A stretch of 64,000 bases of DNA from an uncultured Haloferula sp. (GCA_965652295.1 CBFGTS010000008.1:32001-96000), one strand, 5' to 3'; counted from the stretch's first letter, positions 34,226-43,809 are shown. Notes: generated by a model from the letters alone, not told the origin. Made by a program: numbers and translations.

Positions 34226-35386
34226 ATGCCCCGCCACGATTTCCAGATTCCGCTCATCTTCAAGCACCGGGTGTGCTTCACCCGCGCTGCGTTCGATCCG
34301 GACAACGCGACCGTTCGCGAGTTGCTGGCGGAGGGCGGTGGCCGGCGTGTGCTGGTGGTGCTCGAGGACGCGGTCGCCGAGGCTTGGCCGGATCTCATTT
34401 CCGAAATGGAAGACTACTTCGCCGATCTAGGCTTCGATTGGCGCGGCGTGGCGATCCTCCCGGGCGGCGAGCCGGTGAAAGCCGATGACGCGCTGGTGCG
34501 GGAGGTTTGGACGCGGATCGACGAGCAACACATCGACCGCCATTCGTATCTCCTTGCGATCGGTGGCGGCGCGTTCCTCGATGCGGTCGGTTTCGCGGCG
34601 GCGACGGCGCACCGCGGGGTGAGGCTGGTGAGGTTTCCCACCACCACGCTTTCGCAGGACGACAGCGGGGTGGGGGTGAAGTGCGCGATCAATGGCTTCG
34701 GTAAGAAGAACTGGATCGGCTCCTTTGCGGTGCCGTTCGCGGTGGTGAATGACTTCCGTTTCCTGCACTCGCAGGACGAGGAGACGAAGCGTGCGGGCCT
34801 CATCGAGGCGGTGAAGGTCGCACTGGTGAAAGACGGCGATTTTTTCCGCTGGATCCATACTCATGCCGAGCGGCTCGCGGCCTTGGAGGAGGGGGTTTTC
34901 GAGGAATGCGTCGAGCGCTCGGCGCTGGCTCATGCGCGGCACATCGCTGAGGGCGGCGATCCATTTGAAACGGGCAGCAGCCGGCCGTTGGACTTTGGCC
35001 ATTGGGCTGCCCACAAGCTGGAGCAGCTGAGCGATTTCGCCCTCAGCCACGCGCACGCGGTGGCGATCGGGGTGGCTCTCGACACGCTCTACTCGGCGAA
35101 ATGCGGGCTGCTGCGCGAGTGCGATGCGGCGCGGGTGATGGACGTGCTGGAAGCGCTGCGACTACCGGTCTGGGACGAGGCGTTGGAGCTGCGGGACCCT
35201 GCGGGCCGGCGTCGGGTTCACCAAGGTCTCGAAGAGTTCCGCGAACATCTCGGAGGCGAGCTGACGGTGCTGCTGCTAAAGGACCTGGGACGGGGACAGG
35301 ACGTGCATCATCTCGACGAAGGACTGGTCGAGTGCTGCATCGCGGAGCTGCGCGGAAGCCGCGACGTGCTGTTGCCGAAGGGATAG
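34226..35386 (+). CDS. 3-dehydroquinate synthase-like sugar-phosphate cyclase (EboD-type paralog)
   Basis: IDRHSYLLAIGGGAFLDAVGFAAATAHRGVRLVRFPTTTLSQDDSGVGVK, EAVKVALVKD, GSSRPLDFGHWAAHKLE, GLEEFREHLGGELT. Confidence 0.85.
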   Translation: MPRHDFQIPLIFKHRVCFTRAAFDPDNATVRELLAEGGGRRVLVVLEDAVAEAWPDLISEMEDYFADLGFDWRGVAILPGGEPVKADDALVREVWTRIDEQHIDRHSYLLAIGGGAFLDAVGFAAATAHRGVRLVRFPTTTLSQDDSGVGVKCAINGFGKKNWIGSFAVPFAVVNDFRFLHSQDEETKRAGLIEAVKVALVKDGDFFRWIHTHAERLAALEEGVFEECVERSALAHARHIAEGGDPFETGSSRPLDFGHWAAHKLEQLSDFALSHAHAVAIGVALDTLYSAKCGLLRECDAARVMDVLEALRLPVWDEALELRDPAGRRRVHQGLEEFREHLGGELTVLLLKDLGRGQDVHHLDEGLVECCIAELRGSRDVLLPKG

Positions 35387-35402
35387 GAGTGATCGATCTC
35401 GC

Positions 35403-35807
35403 TCAGTCGTCTCTGCCGGGGGAGCGGCGGAAACTTTTCTTCTGCGAAAGCAGGCGTTTGTCCTGAATGGAGCGTTGCTTGGAGCGGCGCGAGCGGCGGC
35501 GTTTCTGGCGGCGGACTTTTTCAATTTCCTGCTGCCGTTTCGACGCCTTGCCGAGGCGGATTTCGTCGAGGGTGTCGCAGAGCTCCTTGCGCGCGTGGAA
35601 ACGGTTGAGTTCGCGGGAGCGGGACGACTGGCATTTCACCTCGATGCCGGAGGGCTCGTGCTTCAGGTAAACGCAGGAGTGGGTCTTGTTGATCTTCTGC
35701 CCCCCGGAGCCGGAGCCGAGGATGAATTTCTCCGTGAGCTCGGCTTCGAGGACGCCGAGCTTCGCCATGCGCTCCTCAAGCGCGGCTTGTTTGTCGGGCG
35801 AAATCAT
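35403..35807 (-). CDS. GGQ peptidyl-tRNA hydrolase / ribosome rescue factor (ArfB/C12orf65-like)
   Basis: EKFILGSGSGGQKINKT, VKCQSSRSRELNR, highly basic C-terminal tail. Confidence 0.88.
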   Translation of the reverse strand: MISPDKQAALEERMAKLGVLEAELTEKFILGSGSGGQKINKTHSCVYLKHEPSGIEVKCQSSRSRELNRFHARKELCDTLDEIRLGKASKRQQEIEKVRRQKRRRSRRSKQRSIQDKRLLSQKKSFRRSPGRDD

Positions 35808-35878
35808 AGGGCCACTGTGGCACGACCGTCCCGGTCGTAAAAGGCGCAGGGTGGGCACGCGATCATGCCACGGTGTCC

Positions 35879-36664
35879 TCAGCTTTGGACGCGGCTCACG
35901 TAGGCTTCCGCGGCGCGGCGGATGGCCCCGGCGACATCGGCTTCGGGCCTGGCGAAGGGAGGGACGAACCACGGATAGGAGCCGATCAAATCGGTGACGA
36001 CGGCGACTTCTCCGTCGCAGGTCGTTTCTCCACAGCCGATGCCGATGGTGGGAACGGGGATCGTGGCGGTGAGCTCGGCGGCGACTTCAGGAATCACGCT
36101 CTCGAGAACGATGGCGAACACGCCGGCTTCGACGAGGGCGCGTGCACCTTCGCGCAATCCTTCGACCTGCTCGGGGGTGCGGCCTTTCTTTTTGTAGCCG
36201 CCTTCCTCGTGCACGCGTTGGGGGAGCATGCCGAGGTGGCCGCAGACGGGAATGCCGGCGGCGGTGAGCGCGGCGATCTTTTCCGCTTGGCGGACGCCGC
36301 CTTCGAGCTTCACGGCTCCCGCGCCGGCTTCGATGAGCTTGCGGCCGTTGGCGACGGTGGTTTCCGGATCGGGGTAGGTGCCGATGGGGAAGTCGCCTAC
36401 GATGAGCGCCGTAGGTTGTGCGCGCGCCACGGCTGAGACGTGATGCAGCATGTGATCGAGCGTGACGTGGGTGGTGTCCGGATAGCCGAGCACGACCATG
36501 CCGAGGGAGTCGCCGACCAGCAGCATGTCGACGCCGGCTTCATCGAGGAGGCGTGCCGTGGGATAGTCATAGGCGGTGAGGACGGAGATGCGGCGTTTGC
36601 CTTTCCGTGCGCGCAGCGCCTGGGCTTTTGAAGGAAGTTTCAAGGATGCGGTATCAAGTTTCAA
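35879..36664 (-). CDS. panB: 3-methyl-2-oxobutanoate hydroxymethyltransferase
   Basis: LTAYDYPTA, LLVGDSLGMV, AVKLEGG, GHLGMLPQ, PTIGIG. Confidence 0.96.
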   Translation of the reverse strand: MKLDTASLKLPSKAQALRARKGKRRISVLTAYDYPTARLLDEAGVDMLLVGDSLGMVVLGYPDTTHVTLDHMLHHVSAVARAQPTALIVGDFPIGTYPDPETTVANGRKLIEAGAGAVKLEGGVRQAEKIAALTAAGIPVCGHLGMLPQRVHEEGGYKKKGRTPEQVEGLREGARALVEAGVFAIVLESVIPEVAAELTATIPVPTIGIGCGETTCDGEVAVVTDLIGSYPWFVPPFARPEADVAGAIRRAAEAYVSRVQS

Positions 36665-36676
36665 GCGGGCTGCGGG

Positions 36677-37192
36677 CTACCACTTGCTGCACACCTTTTG
36701 AAGCGGTGGCTCGCGGGTGTCGAGACGCTGGAGGTGGTCGTGGACGGTGAGGTCGTGGCCGGGGAGGCGGAGGTCGGGTTGGATCTCGGCAAGCGGTTCC
36801 AGCACGAAGCGTCTCAGCGTGAGACGCGGGTGGGGGAGTTCGAGATCGGGGGCGGAAACGATCCGGTCGCCGAGGTAAAGCAGGTCGGCATCGAGCGTGC
36901 GCGGGGCGTTGCGCTCGTTTCCGCGAACGCGGCGGAGGCGGGTTTCGATCTGGCGGGCGGCGGCGAGGAGGTCGTGCGGGCTGCCGGCATAAGCGAACTC
37001 GATGACGGTATTGAGAAAATCCGGCGAGCCGTCCGGGCAGGCGACCGGAGCCGCCTGGTAAATGGAGGCCTGGAGGACCGCGGAGTCGTTCTCTGCGATT
37101 TGTTGGAAGAAATCGCGCGCCGCCCGGAGATGGGCAAGGCGGTCGCCGAGGTTGGAGCCAAGGGCGATGCCGGCGCGTGGGATCATGGGCAT
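36677..37192 (-). CDS. folK: 2-amino-4-hydroxy-6-hydroxymethyldihydropteridine diphosphokinase
   Basis: IALGSNLGDR, DFLN, PRTLDADLL, LPHPRLTLRRFVLEPL. Confidence 0.95.
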   Translation of the reverse strand: MPMIPRAGIALGSNLGDRLAHLRAARDFFQQIAENDSAVLQASIYQAAPVACPDGSPDFLNTVIEFAYAGSPHDLLAAARQIETRLRRVRGNERNAPRTLDADLLYLGDRIVSAPDLELPHPRLTLRRFVLEPLAEIQPDLRLPGHDLTVHDHLQRLDTREPPLQKVCSKW

Positions 37193-37220
37193 GTTGATGC
37201 GGGTGGGAAACCCGCGCTCC

Positions 37221-37958
37221 TTATTTCAAACCCAGCACGTCCTGCATGTCGTAGAGGCCGGAGGGTTTGTCAGCGAGCCACACGGCGGCACGGACGGCAC
37301 CGGCGGCGAAGGTCATGCGGGAGGAGGCCTTGTGGGTGAGTTCGACCCGTTCGCCATCGGCCGCGAACATGACGGTGTGATCGCCCACGACGTCGCCACC
37401 GCGGAGGGTGTGCATGCCGATCTCGCGCCTGGTGCGGGCACCGGTGATGCCGAAGCGGCCGTGTTTGACGTCGTCCTCGTAGCTGGTGCCGGTTTCTTCG
37501 TTGAGGATTTCCAGAAGGCGGCGGGCGGTGCCGGAGGGGGCGTCGATCTTATGACGGTGGTGCATTTCGGTCACCTCGATGTCGAAGCGGTCCTGGGTGA
37601 GGATCTGCGCGGCCTTGCGGGTGAGCCAGAAGAGGGTGTTGACGCCGACGGAGTAGTTCGGCGCGAAGACGATGGGCAGCGCCTTGGCGGCTTCGGCGAT
37701 TGCGGCGCGTTCTTCATTGGTGTGCCCGGTGGTGCCGATCACGAGACGGGTGCCGTTTTTCAGCGCCGCTTCCAGCACATCCTTGGTGAAGGAGTGGATG
37801 GTGAAATCGATGGCTGTATCGGCCCCGACAATGGCTGTGGCGAGATCTTCGCCAGCATCGTGGGTGGCGGCGAGTTCGGTTTCGGAATGGGCCTCGGTGG
37901 CTGCGATGATGGCCTGGCCCATGCGGCCGGACTTTCCGGTGACGAGGATGCGGTTCAT
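37221..37958 (-). CDS. dapB: 4-hydroxy-tetrahydrodipicolinate reductase
   Basis: GKSGRMG, VIGTTG, APNYSVGVN, EMHHRHKIDAPSGTA, RGGDVVGDHTV. Confidence 0.97.
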   Translation of the reverse strand: MNRILVTGKSGRMGQAIIAATEAHSETELAATHDAGEDLATAIVGADTAIDFTIHSFTKDVLEAALKNGTRLVIGTTGHTNEERAAIAEAAKALPIVFAPNYSVGVNTLFWLTRKAAQILTQDRFDIEVTEMHHRHKIDAPSGTARRLLEILNEETGTSYEDDVKHGRFGITGARTRREIGMHTLRGGDVVGDHTVMFAADGERVELTHKASSRMTFAAGAVRAAVWLADKPSGLYDMQDVLGLK

Positions 37959-37965
37959 GGGTGGA

Positions 37966-38847
37966 TCAAAGGAGATCGTGAGCTTCGAGGAGTCCGCGGA
38001 GCTGTTCCAGCTTGTCGTTTCCCAGGCCGACCAGCGGCAGGCGGAATTCCCGGGTGCAATGGCCTTGGAGGGCGACGGCTTCCTTGATGGGGACGGGATT
38101 GGTGTCCAGCGACATCAGGCCGCGGAAGAGCGGATACCACGTCTTCTGCATGGCGAGCGCCTCGTCGAACGACCCGTTGAGGCAGGCGCGGACGAGGCGG
38201 ACCATGACGTCCGGGATGAGGTTCGAGGCTACTGATACGAGGCCGATCGCGCCGCAGGAAATGAAGGGCAGTGTGAGCGGGTCGTCGCCGGAGAGGATCG
38301 AAAAGTCCTCGGGCAGGGCTTGGACGAGCTGGTTGATGCGCTCGACGGATCCACCGGCTTCCTTGATCGCGACGATGGTCGGGCAATCCGCGGCGAGCCG
38401 GGCGGCGACCTCGACCGGGATCTCGATGGCGGAGCGGCCAGGGACGCTGTAAAGCATGACCGGCAGAGAGGTAGCGGAGGCGATCGCCTTGTAGTGCTGG
38501 TAGAGGCCCTCGGCGGACGGCTTGTTGTAGTAGGGGCAGACCTGGAGGGTGCCGGTGGCGCCGGCCTTTTCGGCAGCGACGGTCAGCTCGATGGCTTCGG
38601 CGGTCGCGTTGGCGCCGGTTCCGGCGAGCACTTCGCAGCGGCCGGCGGCGTATTCGACGGCGAGGCGGATGACCTCGATGTGCTCGTCCATGTCGAGCGT
38701 GGGCGATTCACCGGTGGTGCCGACCGGCACGACGCCGTCGATTCCGGCCTCGACCTGGCGGTCGATGAGGGCCTGGAATGCGGGACGGTCGATCCGGCCA
38801 TCGCGGAAGGGGGTGATGAGAGCGGTGTAGGTGCCTCGGAAGCTCAT
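37966..38847 (-). CDS. dapA: 4-hydroxy-tetrahydrodipicolinate synthase
   Basis: TALITPF, VGTTGESPTL, AGTGAN, PYYNKP, LYSVPGRS, AIKEA, LSGDD, TNPVPIK. Confidence 0.97.
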   Translation of the reverse strand: MSFRGTYTALITPFRDGRIDRPAFQALIDRQVEAGIDGVVPVGTTGESPTLDMDEHIEVIRLAVEYAAGRCEVLAGTGANATAEAIELTVAAEKAGATGTLQVCPYYNKPSAEGLYQHYKAIASATSLPVMLYSVPGRSAIEIPVEVAARLAADCPTIVAIKEAGGSVERINQLVQALPEDFSILSGDDPLTLPFISCGAIGLVSVASNLIPDVMVRLVRACLNGSFDEALAMQKTWYPLFRGLMSLDTNPVPIKEAVALQGHCTREFRLPLVGLGNDKLEQLRGLLEAHDLL

Positions 38848-38944
38848 GGGCGGGAGAGTGAACGGGGACGCACGAACGTCCAACATCGAACATCGGGGTT
38901 GTCGGAAAAAACCGCGGGGGACGCAAAGGGGCGTCGTGCCGAAC

Positions 38945-39091
38945 TCAGGGCTGCTCGCGGACGAGCTTGCCGTTCTTCCAGACGATGAGGGGGAGTCCGA
39001 GACGTTTGTGCTCCGCCCGAAGCTTGCGGGCGGCGCGGTGTTGGGCTTGGAGCGCGATCCGAGCATCCTCCGGCAGGATGGAGGCTTTCAT
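38945..39091 (-). CDS. Small basic protein coupled to the zeta-like gene
   Basis: MKASILPEDARIALQAQHRAARKLRAEHKRLGLPLIVWKNGKLVREQP. ATGA overlap with the upstream stop. Confidence 0.6.
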   Translation of the reverse strand: MKASILPEDARIALQAQHRAARKLRAEHKRLGLPLIVWKNGKLVREQP

Positions 39092-39505
39092 GGGGCTGAG
39101 CGGAGCTGGATGCTTGGGCGCGACCATCGGGAAGTCATGAAGTGACTGACGTCACGGATAGCGTGCGTTTCAGACGTTGCCAAGGCCTCAAAGCGCAGCT
39201 CTTCGGAGGTCCAGATCCGCCATCGATCCGAAAGCGGGAGGTAGAGTTCGACGAGATTGGCCAGGATTCGGTCGTAGCGGCGGAGGATGTCAGTCGTCCG
39301 GGACGTCGTGGCCGCCCATCTTCACCCGCTGCCGGACGCGGGCAGCCTTGCGGCCGACGCTGGCGGGATCGAAGGGGGAAAGGCCGCGGGCGATCTCGTC
39401 GTTGTTGAGAAAACGCATGCCTTTGAGTTCACGGGTCAATAGCTCGCGGGCGAAGGTGGTTTTTCCCGCGCCGTTGGGTCCGCCGATGAGGAGGAGTTCG
39501 GGCAT
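39088..39505 (-). pseudogene. Zeta-toxin-like/AAA P-loop protein pseudogene (internal deletion + frameshift)
   Basis: LIGGPNGAGKTTFA..FLNNDEIARGLSPF..KAAR joins directly to VRQRVKMGGHDVP, lacking the central FETT segment. A frameshift near 39295-39302 restores DILRRYDRILANLVELYLPLSDRW...*. Confidence 0.75.
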
Positions 39506-39508
39506 GAA

Positions 39509-39880
39509 TCAGAGCCGGTAGGGCAGGTGGATGTCGGCATTTTCCTCGGGAAAATCAGAGGTATTGCGCGTCGTGAGACGGCAGCCGGTCAGGCGGGCGG
39601 TGGCGAGGATGATGGCGTCGGGGAGGCGCAATTTCGGGACGTGATGGCGGCGTAGGGTCACGGCGGCCTCGGCGATCTCGGGCGTGAGTTCGATGACGTC
39701 GAACTGGGAGAGGAAGTTGCGTGCGATGTCCTCCGCTGCGGTGTCTCGGACGCCGACCATGATTTCCATCCACGTGATGCGGCTGATGCAGCGGCGGTGA
39801 TAGGGGGACAAGGTGACCTGCGCCTCCGGAATGCCATTGAGGAAATCGATGAGAATGCAGGTGTCGAAGCAACCGGTCAT
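39509..39880 (-). CDS. vapC: PIN-domain toxin (VapC family)
   Basis: FDTCILIDFL, ISRITWMEIMVG, LRLPDAIILATA, LTTRNTSDF. Confidence 0.92.
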   Translation of the reverse strand: MTGCFDTCILIDFLNGIPEAQVTLSPYHRRCISRITWMEIMVGVRDTAAEDIARNFLSQFDVIELTPEIAEAAVTLRRHHVPKLRLPDAIILATARLTGCRLTTRNTSDFPEENADIHLPYRL

Positions 39881-39893
39881 GGTCCTCAAGGCG

Positions 39894-40130
39894 TCAGTCC
39901 CACTCCGAGCGGAGGTCCTGTTGATAGGTGAGGCCGTCTCCCAAGCGACCTTGAAGCGCTCCGAAACCTTCGAGAGGTGCCGGAGGGCGGATGCTGGCAC
40001 CTTTTCGGCGGACGAGGTATTCCGCGACCGCTTCCCGCAGCACGGATGCACGCGAAGCGGCCTGGTCCTTGGCAAGGCCGTCCAACGCTTTCAGGGCATC
40101 ATCCTCGATGTCCACGATCGTACGCTTCAT
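39894..40130 (-). CDS. RHH/CopG antitoxin (VapB-like)
   Basis: MKRTIVDIEDDALKALDGLAKDQAASRASVLREAVAEYL; C-terminus DGLTYQQDLRSEWD; directly upstream of the PIN gene. Confidence 0.88.
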   Translation of the reverse strand: MKRTIVDIEDDALKALDGLAKDQAASRASVLREAVAEYLVRRKGASIRPPAPLEGFGALQGRLGDGLTYQQDLRSEWD

Positions 40131-40136
40131 GACGAT

Positions 40137-40176
40137 AGCGTCGCGTGATGCCTACTGATGTCAAGAAATGATATCA
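40137..40176 (-). promoter_or_regulatory. TA operon promoter with candidate RHH operator
   Basis: TTGACA (40159-64)-16 bp-GACGCT. Overlapping boxes TGATGCCT (40146), TGATGTCA (40156), TGATATCA (40169). Confidence 0.55.
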
Positions 40177-40180
40177 GTTG

Positions 40181-40993
40181 TCAAATTTCGATATCGCCCT
40201 CGAAAACGAAATCCGCCGGACCGGTGAGGGTGACGTTTTGAAACGACTGCCCGTCCACCTTTTCAAAGCCGATTTCGAGGGTGTCGCCCCCTTTCACATC
40301 GACCTTCACCGGCGAGGGTGCGTCGGTGAGGAGGTGGTGCATCAGGGCGCAGGCGACCATGCCGGTGCCGCAAGCGAGGGTCTCGTCCTCGACGCCGCGT
40401 TCGTAGGTGCGGATGGCGATGTGGCCGGGGGCGAGCACGGTCGCGAAGTTGGCGTTGGTGCCGTTGGGGGCGAAACGCTCGTGGAAACGAATGGCGCGGC
40501 CATGGGTGGCGACGTCGGTGTTCTCGAGGTCGTCGACGAAGGCGACGACGTGGGGAACGCCGGTATTGACGAAGTGCAGCGTGGTATCGAGACCGGGGAC
40601 CGAGGCACCACTGTCGATGGCGAGGTCCTTGGGCTCGGACATGGCGATGCGGATGTTTTCGTCCACGATCTCGGCGGCGAGGATGCCGGCTATGGTTTCG
40701 AAGGTGACCTTTTCCGGCAGTTCCTCCATGAGCGCCGACGTGAAGCGGCCGAAGCAACGCGCGCCATTTCCGCACATTTCAGCCTCGCCGCCATCAGCAT
40801 TGTAGTAGCGGAACCGGAAGTCGGCGCCGTTCTCGGCGGGCTCGACGGCGAGCAGGCCATCCGCGCCAACGCCGCGGTGGCGGTCGCAAAGATGGGCGAT
40901 CTGATCGCGGTCGAGCTTGAGGGAGAGATCGCGGTTGTCGACGACGACGAAGTCGTTGCCGGCACCGTTCATTTTGTAGAAGTGAAGGAGCAT
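40181..40993 (-). CDS. dapF: Diaminopimelate epimerase
   Basis: [49 protein letters not shown]. Confidence 0.97.
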   Translation of the reverse strand: MLLHFYKMNGAGNDFVVVDNRDLSLKLDRDQIAHLCDRHRGVGADGLLAVEPAENGADFRFRYYNADGGEAEMCGNGARCFGRFTSALMEELPEKVTFETIAGILAAEIVDENIRIAMSEPKDLAIDSGASVPGLDTTLHFVNTGVPHVVAFVDDLENTDVATHGRAIRFHERFAPNGTNANFATVLAPGHIAIRTYERGVEDETLACGTGMVACALMHHLLTDAPSPVKVDVKGGDTLEIGFEKVDGQSFQNVTLTGPADFVFEGDIEI

Positions 40994-41033
40994 CGGATGC
41001 CGATTGGGGATTGGAGATTGCCGAGCGTGGATG

Positions 41034-41828
41034 TCAGGAAGCGTGCGTGGCCTCGATCAGCGGGGTGACGAAGTCGCGGACGGCTTCGGCGGCGTGGTCG
41101 GGGTGGAGCTCGATCTGTTTCACGATCGCCGAACCGACGATCACACCGTTTCCTGCCTTGGCAACCATGGCGGCCTGCTCGGGCGTGGTGATGCCGAAGC
41201 CGACGCAGACGGGGGTTTGCGTGTGGCGGGTGATGCGGGCGACCTGATCGGCGATCTGCTCGGAGGGAGCGACGTGGCCGCCGGTGACGCCGGTGCGGGA
41301 GAGGGCGTAGATGAAGCCCTCGGCGTCGCCAGCGAGGAGTGGCACGCGGTTGTCGGGCGTGGTTGGGGCGATGAGGCGGATGTGCCGCAGGCCTTCGCCG
41401 CGGGCGAGGTCGGTGTTCAGCTTGGCTTCATCCGGTGGCAGGTCGAGGAGCAGGATGCCATCGGCACCGGCGGCGGCGGCATCGGCGTGGAACTTCTCGT
41501 AGCCGTAGGTGAAAACGGGATTGAGGTAGGTGAAGAGAACGATGGGGGTGTCGTGCGTTTCGCGGAACGCTCGGATCAGGTCGAGCACGCGCCGGGTGGT
41601 CATGCCGGCCTTGAGGGCGCGGTCGGCGGCCATCTGGTTGACGATGCCATCGGCCAGCGGGTCGGAAAAAGGAACGCCGAGTTCGATCACGTCGGCTCCG
41701 GCATCGGCGAGGGCGCGGACGACTTCCAGCGAGGTGTCGAAGGACGGGTCGCCGGCGCAGACGTAGGCGACGAAGGCCTTGCGGTTTTCGGCGCGGAGTC
41801 GGTCGAAGGTGGCGTCGATGCGGTTCAT
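41034..41828 (-). CDS. trpA: Tryptophan synthase alpha chain
   Basis: [56 protein letters not shown]. Confidence 0.97.
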   Translation of the reverse strand: MNRIDATFDRLRAENRKAFVAYVCAGDPSFDTSLEVVRALADAGADVIELGVPFSDPLADGIVNQMAADRALKAGMTTRRVLDLIRAFRETHDTPIVLFTYLNPVFTYGYEKFHADAAAAGADGILLLDLPPDEAKLNTDLARGEGLRHIRLIAPTTPDNRVPLLAGDAEGFIYALSRTGVTGGHVAPSEQIADQVARITRHTQTPVCVGFGITTPEQAAMVAKAGNGVIVGSAIVKQIELHPDHAAEAVRDFVTPLIEATHAS

Positions 41829-41889
41829 GGGCGGGTGGAGATAGGTCCGGGACGGACGAAAGAAAAGTGCGGAGTGCTGGTTCCGAGCC

Positions 41890-41907
41890 TTGTGAAAACT
41901 TTCACAA
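41890..41907. promoter_or_regulatory. Perfect palindrome TTGTGAA-aact-TTCACAA (Rex-box / CRP-family box) upstream of nuoB
   Basis: Matches the Rex consensus TTGTGAAnnnnTTCACAA exactly; lies 5 bp upstream of TTGAGG-17-CATGGT (41913-41941). Confidence 0.75.
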
Positions 41908-41954
41908 ACCGCTTGAGGGGCGGGACGGGGCGCGGCATGGTCCCGCCGCCTGCC

Positions 41955-42494
41955 ATGGTTTCCGAGAACACCCAAATCGCTCACGCGGCCTACGATTCGA
42001 AGATCGAGGGCAATGTCATTGTCACCCGCGTCGATGCCGCGATGAACTGGATGCGCAAGAACTCGCTTTGGCCGATGCCGATGGGCCTGGCCTGCTGCGC
42101 GATCGAAATGATGGCGACGGCGTGCTCGCGCTTCGACCTCTCGCGCTTCGGCATGGAGGTGATGCGTTTTTCGCCGCGCCAGGCGGACGTGATGATCGTT
42201 TCCGGCACGGTGACCTACAAGATGGCGCTGGCGGTGAAGCGGATCTGGGACCAGATGCCGGAGCCGAAGTGGTGCATCGCCATGGGTGCCTGCGCGTCAA
42301 GCGGCGGCATGTATCGCAGCTACGCGACGCTGCAGGGGATCGACCGGCTGATTCCCGTGGACGTTTACATCTCCGGCTGCCCTCCGCGGCCCGAGGCGCT
42401 GATCCAGGGCCTGATGAAGGTTCAGGAAAAAATCGAGAAGAGCCACGCGCTGACGGAACAGAAGAAGGAATTTTTTGAAGACATCGCATCCTGA
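41955..42494 (+). CDS. nuoB: NADH-quinone oxidoreductase subunit B
   Basis: [60 protein letters not shown]. Confidence 0.97.
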   Translation: MVSENTQIAHAAYDSKIEGNVIVTRVDAAMNWMRKNSLWPMPMGLACCAIEMMATACSRFDLSRFGMEVMRFSPRQADVMIVSGTVTYKMALAVKRIWDQMPEPKWCIAMGACASSGGMYRSYATLQGIDRLIPVDVYISGCPPRPEALIQGLMKVQEKIEKSHALTEQKKEFFEDIAS

Positions 42495-42500
42495 CCGGCC

Positions 42501-43073
42501 ATGAGCAACGCGATTGAAGACATCGAGGCGATCCGTGGAAAGTGGCCCGAAGGGGTGGTGGACGTGGTGGATTACCGGGGCGAGCACACCGTGGAGGTGA
42601 AGCTTGAGGTCCTGGCCGGGGTGATGGCCTTCTGCCGCAAGGAGTGCGGTTACGATTTCCTGCTGGATGTCTCAAGTCTCGACCACTTCGGGGAGCATCC
42701 GAGGTTCGAGATGGTTTACGAGCTGGCAACCATCGATGACGCCAAGCACCTGCGGGTGCGGGCGAAGGTCGCGGAAGACGAGGAAGTGCCGACGGTGGTG
42801 CCTCTCTGGGCGGGTGCCGAGTGGCACGAGCGCGAGGTGTACGACATGATGGGGATCCGCTTCAAGGACCACCCGGACCTGCGCCGCATCCTCATGTGGG
42901 AGGGCTACCCCTTCCACCCGCTGCGCAAGGATTTCCCGCTGGCGGGCCGCCCGAGCGAAATGCCGGATGTGGCGTTCAGTGACAAGGCGCCGTTGGAAGG
43001 CGGGCCGTTTGTGACCAGCCCCGGGGTGAAGGGCCCGGTGCGTCGTGAGCCGCGGTCGCGGGCGATCGACTGA
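42501..43073 (+). CDS. nuoC: NADH-quinone oxidoreductase subunit C
   Basis: RFEMVYEL, AEWHEREVYDMMGIRF..HPDLRRILM..HPLRKDFPL. Confidence 0.96.
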   Translation: MSNAIEDIEAIRGKWPEGVVDVVDYRGEHTVEVKLEVLAGVMAFCRKECGYDFLLDVSSLDHFGEHPRFEMVYELATIDDAKHLRVRAKVAEDEEVPTVVPLWAGAEWHEREVYDMMGIRFKDHPDLRRILMWEGYPFHPLRKDFPLAGRPSEMPDVAFSDKAPLEGGPFVTSPGVKGPVRREPRSRAID

Positions 43074-43110
43074 TTTTTTCGAGCCGTTCATCACAAGGAA
43101 GGGAGCGCAC

Positions 43111-43809
43111 ATGAATCGTGGCCTCTCCTTCGTGTCGGTCGACTGGGGGCGTTTCGGCGTCGTGGTGCTGGTGTCGGTTCTGGTCTCGATCGAAGCGACG
43201 CTGAGTTTGTCGGGAGGGCCCGGGAAGGTCCCCGAGGTTTACCTCACGCTTGGCCTGAGCCGCGATGGAATGGCAGCGGGGAAATTCTGGCAGCTGATCA
43301 GCTACGCGTTGCTTCATGGGGGATGGCTCCATCTTCTGCCGAACGCCGTCGCGCTGGTCTGGCTGGCCCCACAGGTCCACCGGATTCTTGGCGGCAAGGC
43401 CCTTGGTTTCAATCTCGCCGGCGGGGTGCTGGCGGGAGGTCTGGCCCACCTGGCGTTGGCGGATCCGGGCGAGCTGCTGATCGGAGTGTCCGGGGGGGTG
43501 AGCGCCGTTCTGTTGTTGCTGACGTCTCTCGCGCCTGAATCGAAGGTGCGCTTTCTCCGGATTTCGGCGGGCAATCTTGGAAAAGGAATTCTGATCGCCT
43601 CGGCGGTATTGACCGCCCTGTCGCCGCGGTTCGGGTTGCTCCCCGAGGCTTGGGATGGGGAACGGGGCGAGGGGGTTTTCAAGATCGCCCACGCCTGTCA
43701 TCTGGGCGGAGGTCTTTTCGGGTGGGCGATGGGTCGTTGGGTTTTGAGACCACGGGCCGACTTGAAAAAACTAAGGGCCGCCCGCGCGCGTCGCGAGGGC
43801 AGCCCCTGA
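43111..43809 (+). CDS. Rhomboid family intramembrane serine protease
   Basis: WQLISYALLHGGWLHLLPN, LIGVSGG, IAHACHLGG. Confidence 0.88.
   Translation: MNRGLSFVSVDWGRFGVVVLVSVLVSIEATLSLSGGPGKVPEVYLTLGLSRDGMAAGKFWQLISYALLHGGWLHLLPNAVALVWLAPQVHRILGGKALGFNLAGGVLAGGLAHLALADPGELLIGVSGGVSAVLLLLTSLAPESKVRFLRISAGNLGKGILIASAVLTALSPRFGLLPEAWDGERGEGVFKIAHACHLGGGLFGWAMGRWVLRPRADLKKLRAARARREGSP

Noticed and set aside
41004..41954. Long 5' extensions in the ORF track (nuoB 496 aa; also dapA, aroB, vapC, M28, NUDIX)
   Set aside because: The extensions overlap neighbouring genes; homology begins at downstream ATGs.
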